Source: an uncultured virus (IMG/VR IMGVR_UViG_3300020125_000260)
Lineage: Duplodnaviria > Heunggongvirae > Uroviricota > Caudoviricetes
Length of the DNA stretch: 64,000 nt
IMG/VR virus record: IMGVR_UViG_3300020125_000260
Strand: one strand, 5' to 3'
Part shown: positions 1 through 9,932 of the stretch, piece after piece
Numbering within the stretch: position 1 is the stretch's first letter
Layout: each line of letters begins with the position of its first letter
Program-made: the position numbers and the translations under genes
The notes under the pieces: model-generated
What the model saw: only the letters and a program-made list of their open reading frames with translations
The model's database searches: none
What the model was told of the DNA's origin: nothing

Positions 1-329
1 GACTCGTGGGAATCGCGACTTGGGAGCGCATGCAGTTCGGGCCATCGACCCTCGGCCATGCGGGGTTCATCTTCCTGCGCGACTACTGGGATCACCGCAC
101 CTCAATGGCCGCCGGCCGCCGCATCCTCGACTACTGGTTCAAGGAGATGCCGCAGCCGCTGGACATCACCGTCGGCATCATCGCCAAGCTCAACACGCTG
201 GCGAACCGCTTCGTCCATCGCCTTGGCTGGACGAAGGTCGGCGAACTCCCCAACTGCCAGCAGTACGGCGGAGAACCCTGCGACGCCTGCATCTGGCAGA
301 TCACCCGCGCTGCCTACGAGGCCAAATAG
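1..329 (+). CDS. GNAT-like acetyltransferase (5' partial), typical gene before podovirus ejection proteins
   Basis: NTLANRFVHRLGW resembles the GNAT N-x-x-A-x-x-F-x-x-x-L-G-F/W motif; position before ejection genes. Confidence 0.55.
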   Translation, partial: LVGIATWERMQFGPSTLGHAGFIFLRDYWDHRTSMAAGRRILDYWFKEMPQPLDITVGIIAKLNTLANRFVHRLGWTKVGELPNCQQYGGEPCDACIWQITRAAYEAK

Positions 330-926
330 ATGCCCCCGGCGGTAGCCCTCGCCGTCCCTGCGCTGGCTGGCGCAGGGGCGTCTGCTGCCGGAGGGAAAAA
401 GGGCCGAAGTTCTGCCAAGGATGCGGCTAACCGCCAGTTCCAGATGCAGCAGTCGCTGTTCAACACAGGGCTGTCTGCATTCACCCCAGCAGCGGACTAC
501 TTCAAATCACTGCTCTCGGGTGACCCTACTAAGATCGCTGAGGCAGTCGGCCCAACCTCCGACATCCTAAAGCAGCAGGCACAGGGTCAGGCGCGACAGA
601 TGGCGGCATCCATGCCGGCGGGTGGCGAGGCCAACGCTGCGATGGCGCAGGGAGCACAGGGGTCATATAACAACCTTGCTAGGCTCTACGCTGGCGTACA
701 ACCAGGCGCTGCTACCGCGTTAGGACAGCTATCCGCCGCACCGCTAGGAGCGTCCGCGCCGAACGTCGGCAGCGGGTTGAAATTCGACACCCATCAGCAG
801 GAGCAGTCCAACCAGTCGAAGGGGCAGCTCGGTCAGGGAGTCGGCCAGCTAGGTGTCGGAGCTAAGCAGTCCAAGCGCAATCCTACCTCCGGCGGTAGCT
901 CCAGCGGGAGCAGCAAGGGCGTATGA
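330..926 (+). CDS. Putative small ejection (DNA-transfer) protein
   Basis: Ala/Gly-rich hydrophobic N-terminus, Gln-rich helical body, position after GNAT (P22 gp7-like arrangement). Confidence 0.55.
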   Translation: MPPAVALAVPALAGAGASAAGGKKGRSSAKDAANRQFQMQQSLFNTGLSAFTPAADYFKSLLSGDPTKIAEAVGPTSDILKQQAQGQARQMAASMPAGGEANAAMAQGAQGSYNNLARLYAGVQPGAATALGQLSAAPLGASAPNVGSGLKFDTHQQEQSNQSKGQLGQGVGQLGVGAKQSKRNPTSGGSSSGSSKGV

Positions 927-2425
927 GCAGCACAATCTCACTTCTCGCCGGACTGGTGCAGGGCTACACCGGGGAGAAAGCTCGCCTCGCGCATGAAGAA
1001 CTCGCACAGCGGGCGTCCCAGCAACAGAACATGCTGCAATACCTCTCGCACCTGGCGTCGAATCCGAACGTCCCGCCTGAGCACCAGCAGTGGGCGATGG
1101 GCAAGATCCAGGAACTGGTGCAGGCTGATCCATCGAAGAAGCTCCCGAAGGTGGATATGGCGGAGCTGCCGGCGGTGAACGTTCCCGCTGGGCCGACGCG
1201 CACGGCTACCCCGCCACCCGTGCCAGCGATGACGCTCCAGCCTCCGGTGGGGCCGGGATCGCAGCCGATGCCATCAGGCAACGTCGGCCGGGCATCCGAC
1301 AGTACAGTGAACGCGCTAGGAGCCAGCAGTGGCAACATAGGCCAGCCTTCAACCATCAGGCCACCCATGGGACCGAATCCGGTAGCCACATCGAGTGACC
1401 CACAGTTTGAGCTTGCACCGCCACAGCCGGTGACCCTCCCGCCGATTCAGCAGGCGCAGATCGCTAACCCGACGCCACCAGTGCCGATCTCTCCCGCTGG
1501 GCAGATTCACCTGCTCACGCCGGAGGATCGTGCGAAGTATCCACGGCCACCAGTACACGAGAATTTCACTCTCACTCCCGGAGAGAAACGCTACGAGGAT
1601 GGGAAGTTGGTAGCGGAGAACACCGATGCCAAGCCGGGGACGAAATCCGGTTACGAGCCCGTCATGGGGCCAGGAGGCCCGATTGGGGTAAAGGACGTAG
1701 CCACTGGTGGGATGTTATCTCCTACACAGGTCGCTGCCAATCCGCAAGCCAAAGCTGTATTCGAGCAGGCGACACACGAGCACGCTGCGCAGATGAAAGA
1801 GGCCGAGGCCAAGGACCAGCGGCACGCTGCTACGCAGGCCGCTCAGCAGGCCCGTGCATTCGCCGAGCAGGCACGGTTACTGGAGGCTCGGCAGGAAGCC
1901 CTCAGTGGAACCACCAAGACAATGGTTGAGGCCGCACCGCGCGTGCTGGAACTCTCCGCCCGTGTACGCGAGGAGATTGCCAAGCAGCAGGCTGACCTCG
2001 GCCCGCTGTCCAGCCGCTGGTCGGAGTTTATGTCAGGGAAGGTGGGTTCCCCTAATCCTGAGTTCTCAAAGCTACGCACCGACACTGGATTGCTCCAGAC
2101 GCTACTGATGCGCATGCACGTTGGCGCGCGCGGTGGCGAACACATGATGGGTCATTTCAAAGAGATGATCGACTCCGGGAAGCAATCCCCGGAGAACATG
2201 ACCGCCGCACTTGATGAGATCGACAGCTATGCAAAGGACGTGGCTAAGGAAGGTGGAACCGCCAAGGAAGCGGTTGCTGCGAAGGCTGAGGGACGTGAGG
2301 CCAAGGCTGTGGACGCCGGGCCACCGGAAGGGGCATCGCATGAGGTCTACGCGGCGGATGGTAAGACGCTACTAGGCCATGCGGTCAATAGTAAATTCGT
2401 TCCGCTGGGGCAAGAGAAGAAATGA
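923..2425 (+). CDS. Putative ejection/internal virion protein
   Basis: 500 aa, Pro-rich linker plus helical C-terminus, ATGA-coupled to upstream gene. Confidence 0.5.
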   Translation: MSSTISLLAGLVQGYTGEKARLAHEELAQRASQQQNMLQYLSHLASNPNVPPEHQQWAMGKIQELVQADPSKKLPKVDMAELPAVNVPAGPTRTATPPPVPAMTLQPPVGPGSQPMPSGNVGRASDSTVNALGASSGNIGQPSTIRPPMGPNPVATSSDPQFELAPPQPVTLPPIQQAQIANPTPPVPISPAGQIHLLTPEDRAKYPRPPVHENFTLTPGEKRYEDGKLVAENTDAKPGTKSGYEPVMGPGGPIGVKDVATGGMLSPTQVAANPQAKAVFEQATHEHAAQMKEAEAKDQRHAATQAAQQARAFAEQARLLEARQEALSGTTKTMVEAAPRVLELSARVREEIAKQQADLGPLSSRWSEFMSGKVGSPNPEFSKLRTDTGLLQTLLMRMHVGARGGEHMMGHFKEMIDSGKQSPENMTAALDEIDSYAKDVAKEGGTAKEAVAAKAEGREAKAVDAGPPEGASHEVYAADGKTLLGHAVNSKFVPLGQEKK

Positions 2426-5118
2426 GCACCACGGCACAGGTTCCCGACCAGATCGAAGGACTCCCACCGGGAGCGATACTTCGTGCGCTACCGCAGCAGG
2501 CGATTGAAGGGCTGCCTCCGGGGGCGGTACTGAAGCCTATCGGGAAGGCTACGACAGCAACTACTACTCCTGCCACGACAACCCCTCCACCTGAAGGCTT
2601 CTGGCATTCCCTTGGGACGCAACTACAGGGCATGCTCGATCCTCGGTCGCTGTTTGATCCTATGCACCTGCCGAGCCCCCAGCAGGCCGCTGGCATGGCC
2701 AATGATTTCGTCAATGCTGCCACGCAATCGCAGCATCCGATCTCGCCCACCACAGGCCAGCCGATTGTCGATCCTCTGGGCCACACTAAGACCCTGCATA
2801 TGGCGGCCGCGTTACTGGCTCCCGTCGGCGGAGGGTCACTTGAGAAGGGATTGGAGCAAGTAGAGTCTGGCAACCCCAAAGGCGCGGCTGGAACTGCCGT
2901 CGGTGTGGCATTGCCCTTCGCTTTGGGTGGGATGCTCAAGCCCAAGGTTCCCACTCCAGCAGCGGAGGTCACCCCTACACATGTCGAGGCCCTCACCGGG
3001 CTGATCGAAGACCGTGGTGGGACAGTCGATCCCCACGCGACCGCGACCGAGGCCCTCCCACACTTACGCGAGACCGCCGTCCGCATGGGGGTTGATCCCT
3101 CGAAGTTGGAGGGCCGTGCTGCTGGGCAAGCCACGCTGAAGGTGGCTGAGCAGGCCGTGCGCGGCACACAGAATGAGTTCAACCAGATTCGCAAGCCGTA
3201 CAATCCGGTGCTGGTGGATCAGTCGTCGATTGCGAAGGCCTACCGCGATGCCATCACACCGGAGCTGCTGGCCAACGAGCCTAAGGTAGCACGTGCGCTG
3301 GAGAAACAGGCAGCCAAGTTCGACCAGCCAGCCCCGCTGGAGCAGGTGAACCAGTTCCGTGTCAGGATGAACAATCAGCTCAACGCCTTCGAGCAGCGGG
3401 GGACTACCGCGCAGATCATGTCTGATATTGAATCGAAGGCTTCGCACGCGGCGGCGAACGCAGCACGGGATGTGGAATATTCTACTGTGGGCAGGCTCAG
3501 TGGTCTCGACCCGGAGTATATCCGTGGCTTGAAGCAGCGCGAGGGATCGCTAATCGAGGCGAAAGGCAACTTGGAACGCCGCTATAACGAAGCCTCCGGT
3601 GAACAGGGCAAGGCTGTTACCCGCAGTGTGATCCAGAATCCTTCAGTAACCAACATTAAGGCCAAGGTATCCGGCACATATCCGTCTCACTACGGAATGA
3701 TGAAGTCCGGGATTAAGGCTGCCATAGCACCTAAGCCTATAGCGATGTTCAACGACGCTATCAAACAGATGTTCTCCGGGATGGGCGCGGCGAGCGACCT
3801 CCCAGAGTATGAGCAGGTACAACCTCCTGCCGCACCACAGCCAGTAATGGAGGGCGGGACATCTGGGCCAGTATCCGGTGCTCCCGAGGATATGGTCAAC
3901 GAAGTTACCCGCCGGGGGCCGGGAACCGCACCATCCGTCGAGCAGGACACTGCCACGCGGCAGTTAGTAGCAGACTACGTGAAGCAGGCCAAGCAGCGTA
4001 CGGGAAAGGCAGCGGTGACTCCACCCACCGCCCCCGCCCCAGTTCCTAATTCAGTGCCTGCCGATATAGAGATAACGCCACATGGCATTGGCCTTCAGCC
4101 TACTTGGGGTGGGGGGGCTAAAGTTACATTCTCTATGAACTTCAATGGTGACCCGGCTTTGCTCAAAGACCCCATGAAATTGGGCAAGCAGCTTTTTCCA
4201 GATCTGGCGGATCGGATTGACCCTAATCAAACTGACTTAGTAAAGAAGTCTGATTTAATTAGCTCCATGTCGGGAGGTCATTATGGACAGTATCGTGTAT
4301 CAGTAGAATTTAAAACAGCAGCTGATGCGGAGAGAGCCCATGCTCAATTATCGGGACAGGCTGCTCCACAACTTAAACTACCAGCGGCTCCAGCCCCGGT
4401 AGCGAACGGCCAGATCACCCCCGAGCACGTCGCCGCGGAGAACGCCTTCTACACGCAGGCGAGGGCTGAGCTCGGGGCCAACGCTCCTGCATCGGACGTG
4501 CTGCGCCGCGCGCAGGCGTTGAAGGTCGAGCACACCGCCGCTGGTGCTGGGCCGCCGGTCACGCCAGTTCCGCCGACCTTCAAGACCACAGCTTCCATCC
4601 AGAAGCCAGCTAGTCCTACATCTCTAGCCAATCAATTCGGCAAGGCAGGGATGCCACCAGAGCAATACATCTGGTCAAAGATAAAGGAGAAGGGACTAGC
4701 CATTCACGGCTCATATACAGGAGAGGGGCTGAAGGCGCATCTTGACCTTCCGCAGGATATGAGCCTGAAGGACATGGAGAAGGCTGGACTGATTGTACGC
4801 AATGAGGAAGGCTTATGGGAATTTACTCCACATATCACTGGAGAGGCCAGTCGTGTAGAACCTGCTAATGTTAGTCGTACAGTACAGCCGACGCTGACCC
4901 AGAAGATGCAGGCCCAGCCGACGCCGACGCTCCGCCGAGTGAACCCTCCCACGCGGCCATCGCCCGTGGCGGAGCAGTCTCCCCGTCAGCAGGCCACCGC
5001 GCTGATGCTGCTGGTGAAGCAAGGGAAGCTCACGCCGGCGGAGGCGGATTCACGCATCCAAAAGCTGGTAGGACCGGGAGGCCGCAGGCTGATTCGCAGG
5101 CCTGTGGCGCCGGAATGA
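2422..5118 (+). CDS. Putative large ejection/internal virion protein
   Basis: 898 aa, tandem IEGLPPGA repeats at the N-terminus, Ala/Pro-rich, last large gene of the virion operon. Confidence 0.55.
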   Translation: MSTTAQVPDQIEGLPPGAILRALPQQAIEGLPPGAVLKPIGKATTATTTPATTTPPPEGFWHSLGTQLQGMLDPRSLFDPMHLPSPQQAAGMANDFVNAATQSQHPISPTTGQPIVDPLGHTKTLHMAAALLAPVGGGSLEKGLEQVESGNPKGAAGTAVGVALPFALGGMLKPKVPTPAAEVTPTHVEALTGLIEDRGGTVDPHATATEALPHLRETAVRMGVDPSKLEGRAAGQATLKVAEQAVRGTQNEFNQIRKPYNPVLVDQSSIAKAYRDAITPELLANEPKVARALEKQAAKFDQPAPLEQVNQFRVRMNNQLNAFEQRGTTAQIMSDIESKASHAAANAARDVEYSTVGRLSGLDPEYIRGLKQREGSLIEAKGNLERRYNEASGEQGKAVTRSVIQNPSVTNIKAKVSGTYPSHYGMMKSGIKAAIAPKPIAMFNDAIKQMFSGMGAASDLPEYEQVQPPAAPQPVMEGGTSGPVSGAPEDMVNEVTRRGPGTAPSVEQDTATRQLVADYVKQAKQRTGKAAVTPPTAPAPVPNSVPADIEITPHGIGLQPTWGGGAKVTFSMNFNGDPALLKDPMKLGKQLFPDLADRIDPNQTDLVKKSDLISSMSGGHYGQYRVSVEFKTAADAERAHAQLSGQAAPQLKLPAAPAPVANGQITPEHVAAENAFYTQARAELGANAPASDVLRRAQALKVEHTAAGAGPPVTPVPPTFKTTASIQKPASPTSLANQFGKAGMPPEQYIWSKIKEKGLAIHGSYTGEGLKAHLDLPQDMSLKDMEKAGLIVRNEEGLWEFTPHITGEASRVEPANVSRTVQPTLTQKMQAQPTPTLRRVNPPTRPSPVAEQSPRQQATALMLLVKQGKLTPAEADSRIQKLVGPGGRRLIRRPVAPE

Positions 5119-5166
5119 CACGCCCAGATGTTAGAAGAAGGAATCAGGTAGCGGGAAGGAAGGGCA

Positions 5167-5439
5167 ATGTGGCATGAGATTTTCAACTCTATATTGGTGG
5201 GAATGGGCGGCTTATGCATTTGGGTTTTCAAGTATCATTATCAACGCTTTATGGCTGCTCACGACCTTCAGAGAAAGGCCGATGCCGAATGGCGTAAGTC
5301 CGTGGATCACGACCTCGCCAGGCTCAAGCGTGTCGCTGGGATCGCCGATGCCCCCGATGCATCAGCGCGGAAGGATAACGGTCTGGATAGGACTACCAAC
5401 AGTTCTAGTCATGGGACTCGTGGGCGGCTACGCGATTAG
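5167..5439 (+). CDS. Small membrane protein (N-terminal TM + coiled coil), holin-like
   Basis: Hydrophobic ILVGMGGLCIWVF followed by a charged helix; purine-rich RBS. Confidence 0.4.
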   Translation: MWHEIFNSILVGMGGLCIWVFKYHYQRFMAAHDLQRKADAEWRKSVDHDLARLKRVAGIADAPDASARKDNGLDRTTNSSSHGTRGRLRD

Positions 5440-5746
5440 AGATCATCAGCTGGTCACCAATACGTTCACATATGAAGGCGTAACCGTAAACTCAAAGGTA
5501 AGCGACAAGCAATATTGGGTAACAATCCCAGGATACACACGCCAGCGTGACTTTGAGTTCTGTCATCCGCTCAAGATGCCTGCCAATGTAATTGATCTTA
5601 AGTATGAGCAGCGATACGGATGTAAGCAGGTTTACGGTGTAGGATTTGTGCAACCGCATAAGGAGACGAACAATGCTGCAATACAGAATGGACGAGGTAC
5701 CGCCACCGCCACAGAAGCCTCCGCAGGACTGGAAACCGGGAGATAA
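5348..5746 (+). CDS. Membrane-anchored hypothetical protein
   Basis: TM segment ITVWIGLPTVLVMGLVGGYAI; start uncertain (ORF track opens at 5174). Confidence 0.4.
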   Translation: MPPMHQRGRITVWIGLPTVLVMGLVGGYAIRDHQLVTNTFTYEGVTVNSKVSDKQYWVTIPGYTRQRDFEFCHPLKMPANVIDLKYEQRYGCKQVYGVGFVQPHKETNNAAIQNGRGTATATEASAGLETGR

Positions 5747-5795
5747 GAAACCAGATCCCAAGCCCAAGCCAGGAGACGACAAGAAACCCGCCTAG
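5673..5795 (+). CDS. 40-aa Pro/Lys-rich peptide (not in ORF track)
   Basis: AAGGAG RBS, ATG 5673, MLQYRMDEVPPPPQKPPQDWKPGDKKPDPKPKPGDDKKPA*. Confidence 0.4.
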   Translation: MLQYRMDEVPPPPQKPPQDWKPGDKKPDPKPKPGDDKKPA

Positions 5796-6545
5796 CTACA
5801 CGAGAGGCTCCGCATCCGGGGCCTCTTTCTTCTCTCCCTCGAACGCAGCGTAATACTCGCTGCTGCCCATCTCGAAGCCCCACTTGGCGGCGAATGCCAC
5901 ACGGTCTGCCGCTGCGATGTGGAGGATGCGCTCCCGGTCGTCGGGGTCGGCGTTCTTCAGGGTTCCGCTGGCAGCATGCCAGAAGGGGAGGTCGATACAG
6001 ACCGCTTGTACGCCTCTGCGATGCATTCGTAGGTGATAGTCCCCGTCGGAGCAATAAATTCGCATGTTGGCGTCGAACGTCCCCACATCTCGCCAGCACG
6101 TTGCTCGAATAAGAAAGCATGAGAAATCAGGGTGAGGCCGTACTCGGTCAGGGTTGGGATCACCGCCGGGGAACTTCGCCCCGCTTGACGTACCCACGCA
6201 AGTGACGAATGATCTTCCATCATCGACAAGCCTCCTGTAAGTATCTAATCGCAATCTCACATCCGAGTTCACCACCAGCGCGAAGTCTCTCTCCTCGCGC
6301 CCGAACACATGCCCCAGTGCGAGATTCCACGCCTTCGACACGCCGCATCCCGGAGCCTCCACCACCTGCACCCGTGGCTCCTGTGCGCGCAGCCAATGCG
6401 CCACGCCGTCAGTGCCACGGTCGATCACTGCGAGGACTCGTACCCCGCCCTCGATGTCCTGCGCGAGACAGCTGGCGATGGCGTCGCGGGTAAGGGCCAG
6501 GCACTCGTAGATCGGCATGACGATCCAGTTGATCGGTGGTTTCAC
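5796..6545 (-). CDS. Glycosyltransferase family 2 (GT-A)
   Basis: IVMPIY...IDRGTDG...GVSKAWN...VVNSD, YCSDGDY motifs. Confidence 0.85.
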   Translation of the reverse strand: MKPPINWIVMPIYECLALTRDAIASCLAQDIEGGVRVLAVIDRGTDGVAHWLRAQEPRVQVVEAPGCGVSKAWNLALGHVFGREERDFALVVNSDVRLRLDTYRRLVDDGRSFVTCVGTSSGAKFPGGDPNPDRVRPHPDFSCFLIRATCWRDVGTFDANMRIYCSDGDYHLRMHRRGVQAVCIDLPFWHAASGTLKNADPDDRERILHIAAADRVAFAAKWGFEMGSSEYYAAFEGEKKEAPDAEPLV

Positions 6546-6766
6546 TTGGCTACTCCGTTCTCCACCATCGCAGGCGGCGCCGGATTATGATATGCCACAC
6601 TCTTCTCATGGTCGGTCATCGTGACCCCAATCTGCGTGACTCGCAGAACCAGCACCGCGCCGCAACCGCCGCACTCGAACCGCCTTGCCCATTGTGACTG
6701 ACCCTCGGCTGACCATGTGGCCTCAGATGGACGTAACCAAATAGAGCTACACTTCGGACATGTCAT
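6542..6766 (-). CDS. Zinc-ribbon protein
   Basis: CPKC...CGGC. Confidence 0.55.
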   Translation of the reverse strand: MTCPKCSSIWLRPSEATWSAEGQSQWARRFECGGCGAVLVLRVTQIGVTMTDHEKSVAYHNPAPPAMVENGVAK

Positions 6767-7266
6767 CGCACTGCCTCCATTGCCAGCACCCACCAATCCT
6801 TGGCCAGATCCGCGCCGGGAATCCTGCGCCAGTCGAACGGCCTCACTTCCACCCAGCCACGACGCCAGAGGGATTTCTCCAGCGTCTCCTGTACGAACCC
6901 AAACTTATGCCGGTCATGTTCATCACCCATGTAGGCACCATACACATTGATAAGGTAGGTCTCGGTGTCGAGCTTTCCCATGAGCCAGTGCTGCGCCAAG
7001 GTTCGCATATCGGGCACGAATACTAGGAGTGATCCATTGGGGCGAAGCAACCGGAACGCCTCATCGAACAGGCCATTGGCCTCGCCTGATCCATAGTGCT
7101 CAGCTACGTGATGCAGCACGATCATGTCGCAGGAGCCATCTGCGTAGGGCAGTGCAGAACAGTCGGCTACTAGATCAGGGTTCCATCGTTCCTGCGCGTC
7201 GATATTGATCCATGGCTTGGCGAATGGTCGCTGACCGCTGCCCAAATTCAAATGTAGTCCTGTCAT
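6763..7266 (-). CDS. Class I SAM-dependent methyltransferase
   Basis: LNLGSG motif I, LPYADGSCD, HVAEH, LLRPNG. Confidence 0.85.
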   Translation of the reverse strand: MTGLHLNLGSGQRPFAKPWINIDAQERWNPDLVADCSALPYADGSCDMIVLHHVAEHYGSGEANGLFDEAFRLLRPNGSLLVFVPDMRTLAQHWLMGKLDTETYLINVYGAYMGDEHDRHKFGFVQETLEKSLWRRGWVEVRPFDWRRIPGADLAKDWWVLAMEAVR

Positions 7267-8126
7267 CGCAACGCCTCGTTATAAACCCTCAACCACTGTC
7301 GCGCAGCCTTCTCCCAGGTCATCTCTCTGGCGCGTTCATTCGGTCGCCAGTCCCACTCAGGGTAGTTCCACGCACCAGCTATCGCTATCTCTAACAATTC
7401 TTCGTTCTCGGGATCACACTCCACTATTCCGGGGAACCACTCGTTGCCTCGGTCGCGGCTGCTGGAGATCACCCGGCACCCGGAGCACAGGGCCTCACCC
7501 ACGGTTAGCGACATGCGGTCATCGGGCGAGGAGTGGACGAATATCTTCGCCATTCGGTAGGTCAGATGCAGCTTCTCGTGTGGGATTCCTCGCACATATC
7601 TGAACGGCAGCTCCAGTCGCTTGCACACCCGCTCTACGATTCCCTCGCCCTTGTCGCCGCGAGCGTTGGCACACATTACGAACTCGCGTTCGATCATCGG
7701 CTGGTGCCAAGTGAACCGCTCCTCCGTCCCGTGCGGGATCACATGGAACGGGCCGTGGTATCCGGTCAGCGTCGTGATCTCCCTCGCCTCAGCGAAGCTC
7801 AGTGGTACCACCCCACGCGACTGCTGGAACATGCGGAACATATCGGGGAACGTCATGCCCAGCAGATCCGTGGGATAGAAGATCGGCAGTACCACGTAGG
7901 GCCGGCGCGATTGCAGGGTCTTCTCCCAGTTGTCGCGGGACCAGCTCAGGTTGCAGTGCTGAATGTGCACAAGGTCGAACTCGTGGAGCGACTCTGGCCC
8001 CCACTCGCCGTAGAGGTTGATGCATTCCACTCCCAGTCGGCGGAGGGCGGACATCAGACGCTCCAGCATTATTAAATCACCGCCGGGGTGCGTGGTCGGG
8101 TTGCGGTTGAGGAAGCAGACTCTCAT
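7263..8126 (-). CDS. Glycosyltransferase family 4 (GT-B)
   Basis: PGGD N-terminal motif, DLVHI, FVHSS..D.MSLTVGEALCSG; start reassigned to ATGA overlap at 8126. Confidence 0.8.
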   Translation of the reverse strand: MRVCFLNRNPTTHPGGDLIMLERLMSALRRLGVECINLYGEWGPESLHEFDLVHIQHCNLSWSRDNWEKTLQSRRPYVVLPIFYPTDLLGMTFPDMFRMFQQSRGVVPLSFAEAREITTLTGYHGPFHVIPHGTEERFTWHQPMIEREFVMCANARGDKGEGIVERVCKRLELPFRYVRGIPHEKLHLTYRMAKIFVHSSPDDRMSLTVGEALCSGCRVISSSRDRGNEWFPGIVECDPENEELLEIAIAGAWNYPEWDWRPNERAREMTWEKAARQWLRVYNEALR

Positions 8127-8689
8127 AGCGTAGCGATCCCCAGGCCGCGCGGCCCCGGCAGCAGCACCCACTGGGGCAGCGTGCGATGGACTTCGGTGAC
8201 ATGGCCGATGAGATTCGTGTCGTGGGTGAGCACGACTGCTCCCTTCTTGCCATGTTCCCTGAGCCAGTGGAGTTCCGCCATGCGGGAGCTGTCGGAGCTG
8301 TCGATCCAGTAGAGATCGGCGTTGGAAAACATCTTTACCATTTCTAATCCGTCTCTGTTGAAGTGGACTATTCTGGCTGGGTTATTGACACGCTTAAAAG
8401 TAGCAATCAGGTTTTCCGGTTCAATATCACAAGTATAGAGAATCCCCTCATTGCCATTGGCCTTGAGAGCCTCGCAGATCGCCAGTGATGCACAGCCAAC
8501 ATTGCACCCAGTCTCAACCACCACCTTGGGCTTCAACGTCCTTACGAATCCGAATAGCAGCTGCAACGTCTCCACCTCGGTGCAAATGTCGGAATCGGTG
8601 GGAATCTCCCACCTCCCGTCCTGCGGGCACGGGGCCAGTCCCTTGAACTGCATCGCTCGGGTGAAGTGTTCAACGCTCGGGTGGGTCAT
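8123..8689 (-). CDS. Class I SAM-dependent O-methyltransferase (Methyltransf_24-like)
   Basis: KPKVVVETGCNVGCAS, LYTCDI, DLYWIDS, GAVVLTHD. Confidence 0.8.
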   Translation of the reverse strand: MTHPSVEHFTRAMQFKGLAPCPQDGRWEIPTDSDICTEVETLQLLFGFVRTLKPKVVVETGCNVGCASLAICEALKANGNEGILYTCDIEPENLIATFKRVNNPARIVHFNRDGLEMVKMFSNADLYWIDSSDSSRMAELHWLREHGKKGAVVLTHDTNLIGHVTEVHRTLPQWVLLPGPRGLGIATL

Positions 8690-9351
8690 AGATATTTCCT
8701 CTCCAGTTCTTCGATCAGTTTCTCGCCATCGGGACTCCAGCCGCGATTCAGCCCCGGCAGATGCACCCCGTGTGTGCCCAGCTTCGAGTGGGTATGGCGA
8801 AGGATGTCGTGGTTCGGCATGTACGCGGAGACTTCATCGTGGGTGACGATCTCATGCGGTGGGTTCTCACGGAGCCAGCTAGCTATGAATCCCTGCTCAC
8901 TCTGGTCATCACCGCGCTCGGTCAGCGGAGGCATCGGCATTCGCAACCCCGGAGGCAGGCCGAACATCCCTGGACAAGCGCGGAAGTCTCCTACGCGCTC
9001 GGCGTAGTTGCCGTAATAATCCCAGTCCACAATCCACACGAGAGTTGCATCCTTCCGCGACCGCCAGCGTTCCCATGCGGGAGGCAACGACCACATGATG
9101 TGATCATTCTCCAGATATATAATGTGGTGTTCATCCCAGAGTTCTGGAACCTCGAACCTGCCATGGCTATACATCCCAGTGTCCTGCTGATAGTAGGCCA
9201 CGTGTGGCAGCTTCTCGCGGATCGGCCCCTGATGCACCACTGCATACCACGCGCAAGGTTCCAGCTGCTGCATGAGGCGGATACTGAGATTCAACGCACG
9301 CCACGACATCTCGCCGAAGCTGCCCATCTGCCATTTGATGACTAAGCTCAC
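8686..9351 (-). CDS. Hypothetical, possibly GT-A-fold nucleotide-sugar transferase
   Basis: IIYLENDHI (DxD-like), CPGMFG and DQSEQG motifs; embedded in the glycosyltransferase cluster. Confidence 0.45.
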   Translation of the reverse strand: MSLVIKWQMGSFGEMSWRALNLSIRLMQQLEPCAWYAVVHQGPIREKLPHVAYYQQDTGMYSHGRFEVPELWDEHHIIYLENDHIMWSLPPAWERWRSRKDATLVWIVDWDYYGNYAERVGDFRACPGMFGLPPGLRMPMPPLTERGDDQSEQGFIASWLRENPPHEIVTHDEVSAYMPNHDILRHTHSKLGTHGVHLPGLNRGWSPDGEKLIEELERKYL

Positions 9352-9932
9352 CTTCCGAACCTCAATAGGTCAGCTTCCAGAATTGGTCTGTTGTCAATGC
9401 GTAATTCCTTTTCCCAGATGACGAGAGGACGCCAACCGCGGCTAAGATAATCATAATTCTCTCGGCGCACCGACGCTTGTGTGTGCCAGTACTTCCCATG
9501 AAGCAGAATCACACGCTTGCCGTATTTATCAATAAAATCTGGATTACGACGTGCTCCTGTAGCACAAGGGCCGATCCAGAAGGCTCCATTGCCTACATAG
9601 GTAAAAGGCAATTTCAGCCTCTCGATTATCTCAGCCAATTTACATTCAGCCTTGTTGGGAGCTACCTTGTTGGCTCCGTAGAACGAACGGGACTTTATCT
9701 TGCCTTCTCTCCAACTGCGTTTCATGCGCTCAGAGAAGATACCTTTAGACGCAGCGAGTGTTGCAACTTGTCGTGCTACCACTTCAGGGTCTTTCATGGG
9801 GTTGTTGGAACGCATTCGCTCAGCCGATCTAGCGCGCATCTCAGGAGTGCGAATGATAGGCTTGGGCATCAGACCTGCATCCCAACGAGCCTTCAGCTGT
9901 CGGCTAAGTTGCGCTCGTTGTGTGTCACTCAT
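9348..9932 (-). CDS. Free-standing homing-endonuclease-like protein (NUMOD3-like N-terminus + Vsr/DUF559-type PD-(D/E)XK domain)
   Basis: SNNPMKDPEV basic repeats; NPDF...VILLHGKYWH...GWRPLVIWEKE. Confidence 0.7.
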   Translation of the reverse strand: MSDTQRAQLSRQLKARWDAGLMPKPIIRTPEMRARSAERMRSNNPMKDPEVVARQVATLAASKGIFSERMKRSWREGKIKSRSFYGANKVAPNKAECKLAEIIERLKLPFTYVGNGAFWIGPCATGARRNPDFIDKYGKRVILLHGKYWHTQASVRRENYDYLSRGWRPLVIWEKELRIDNRPILEADLLRFGR

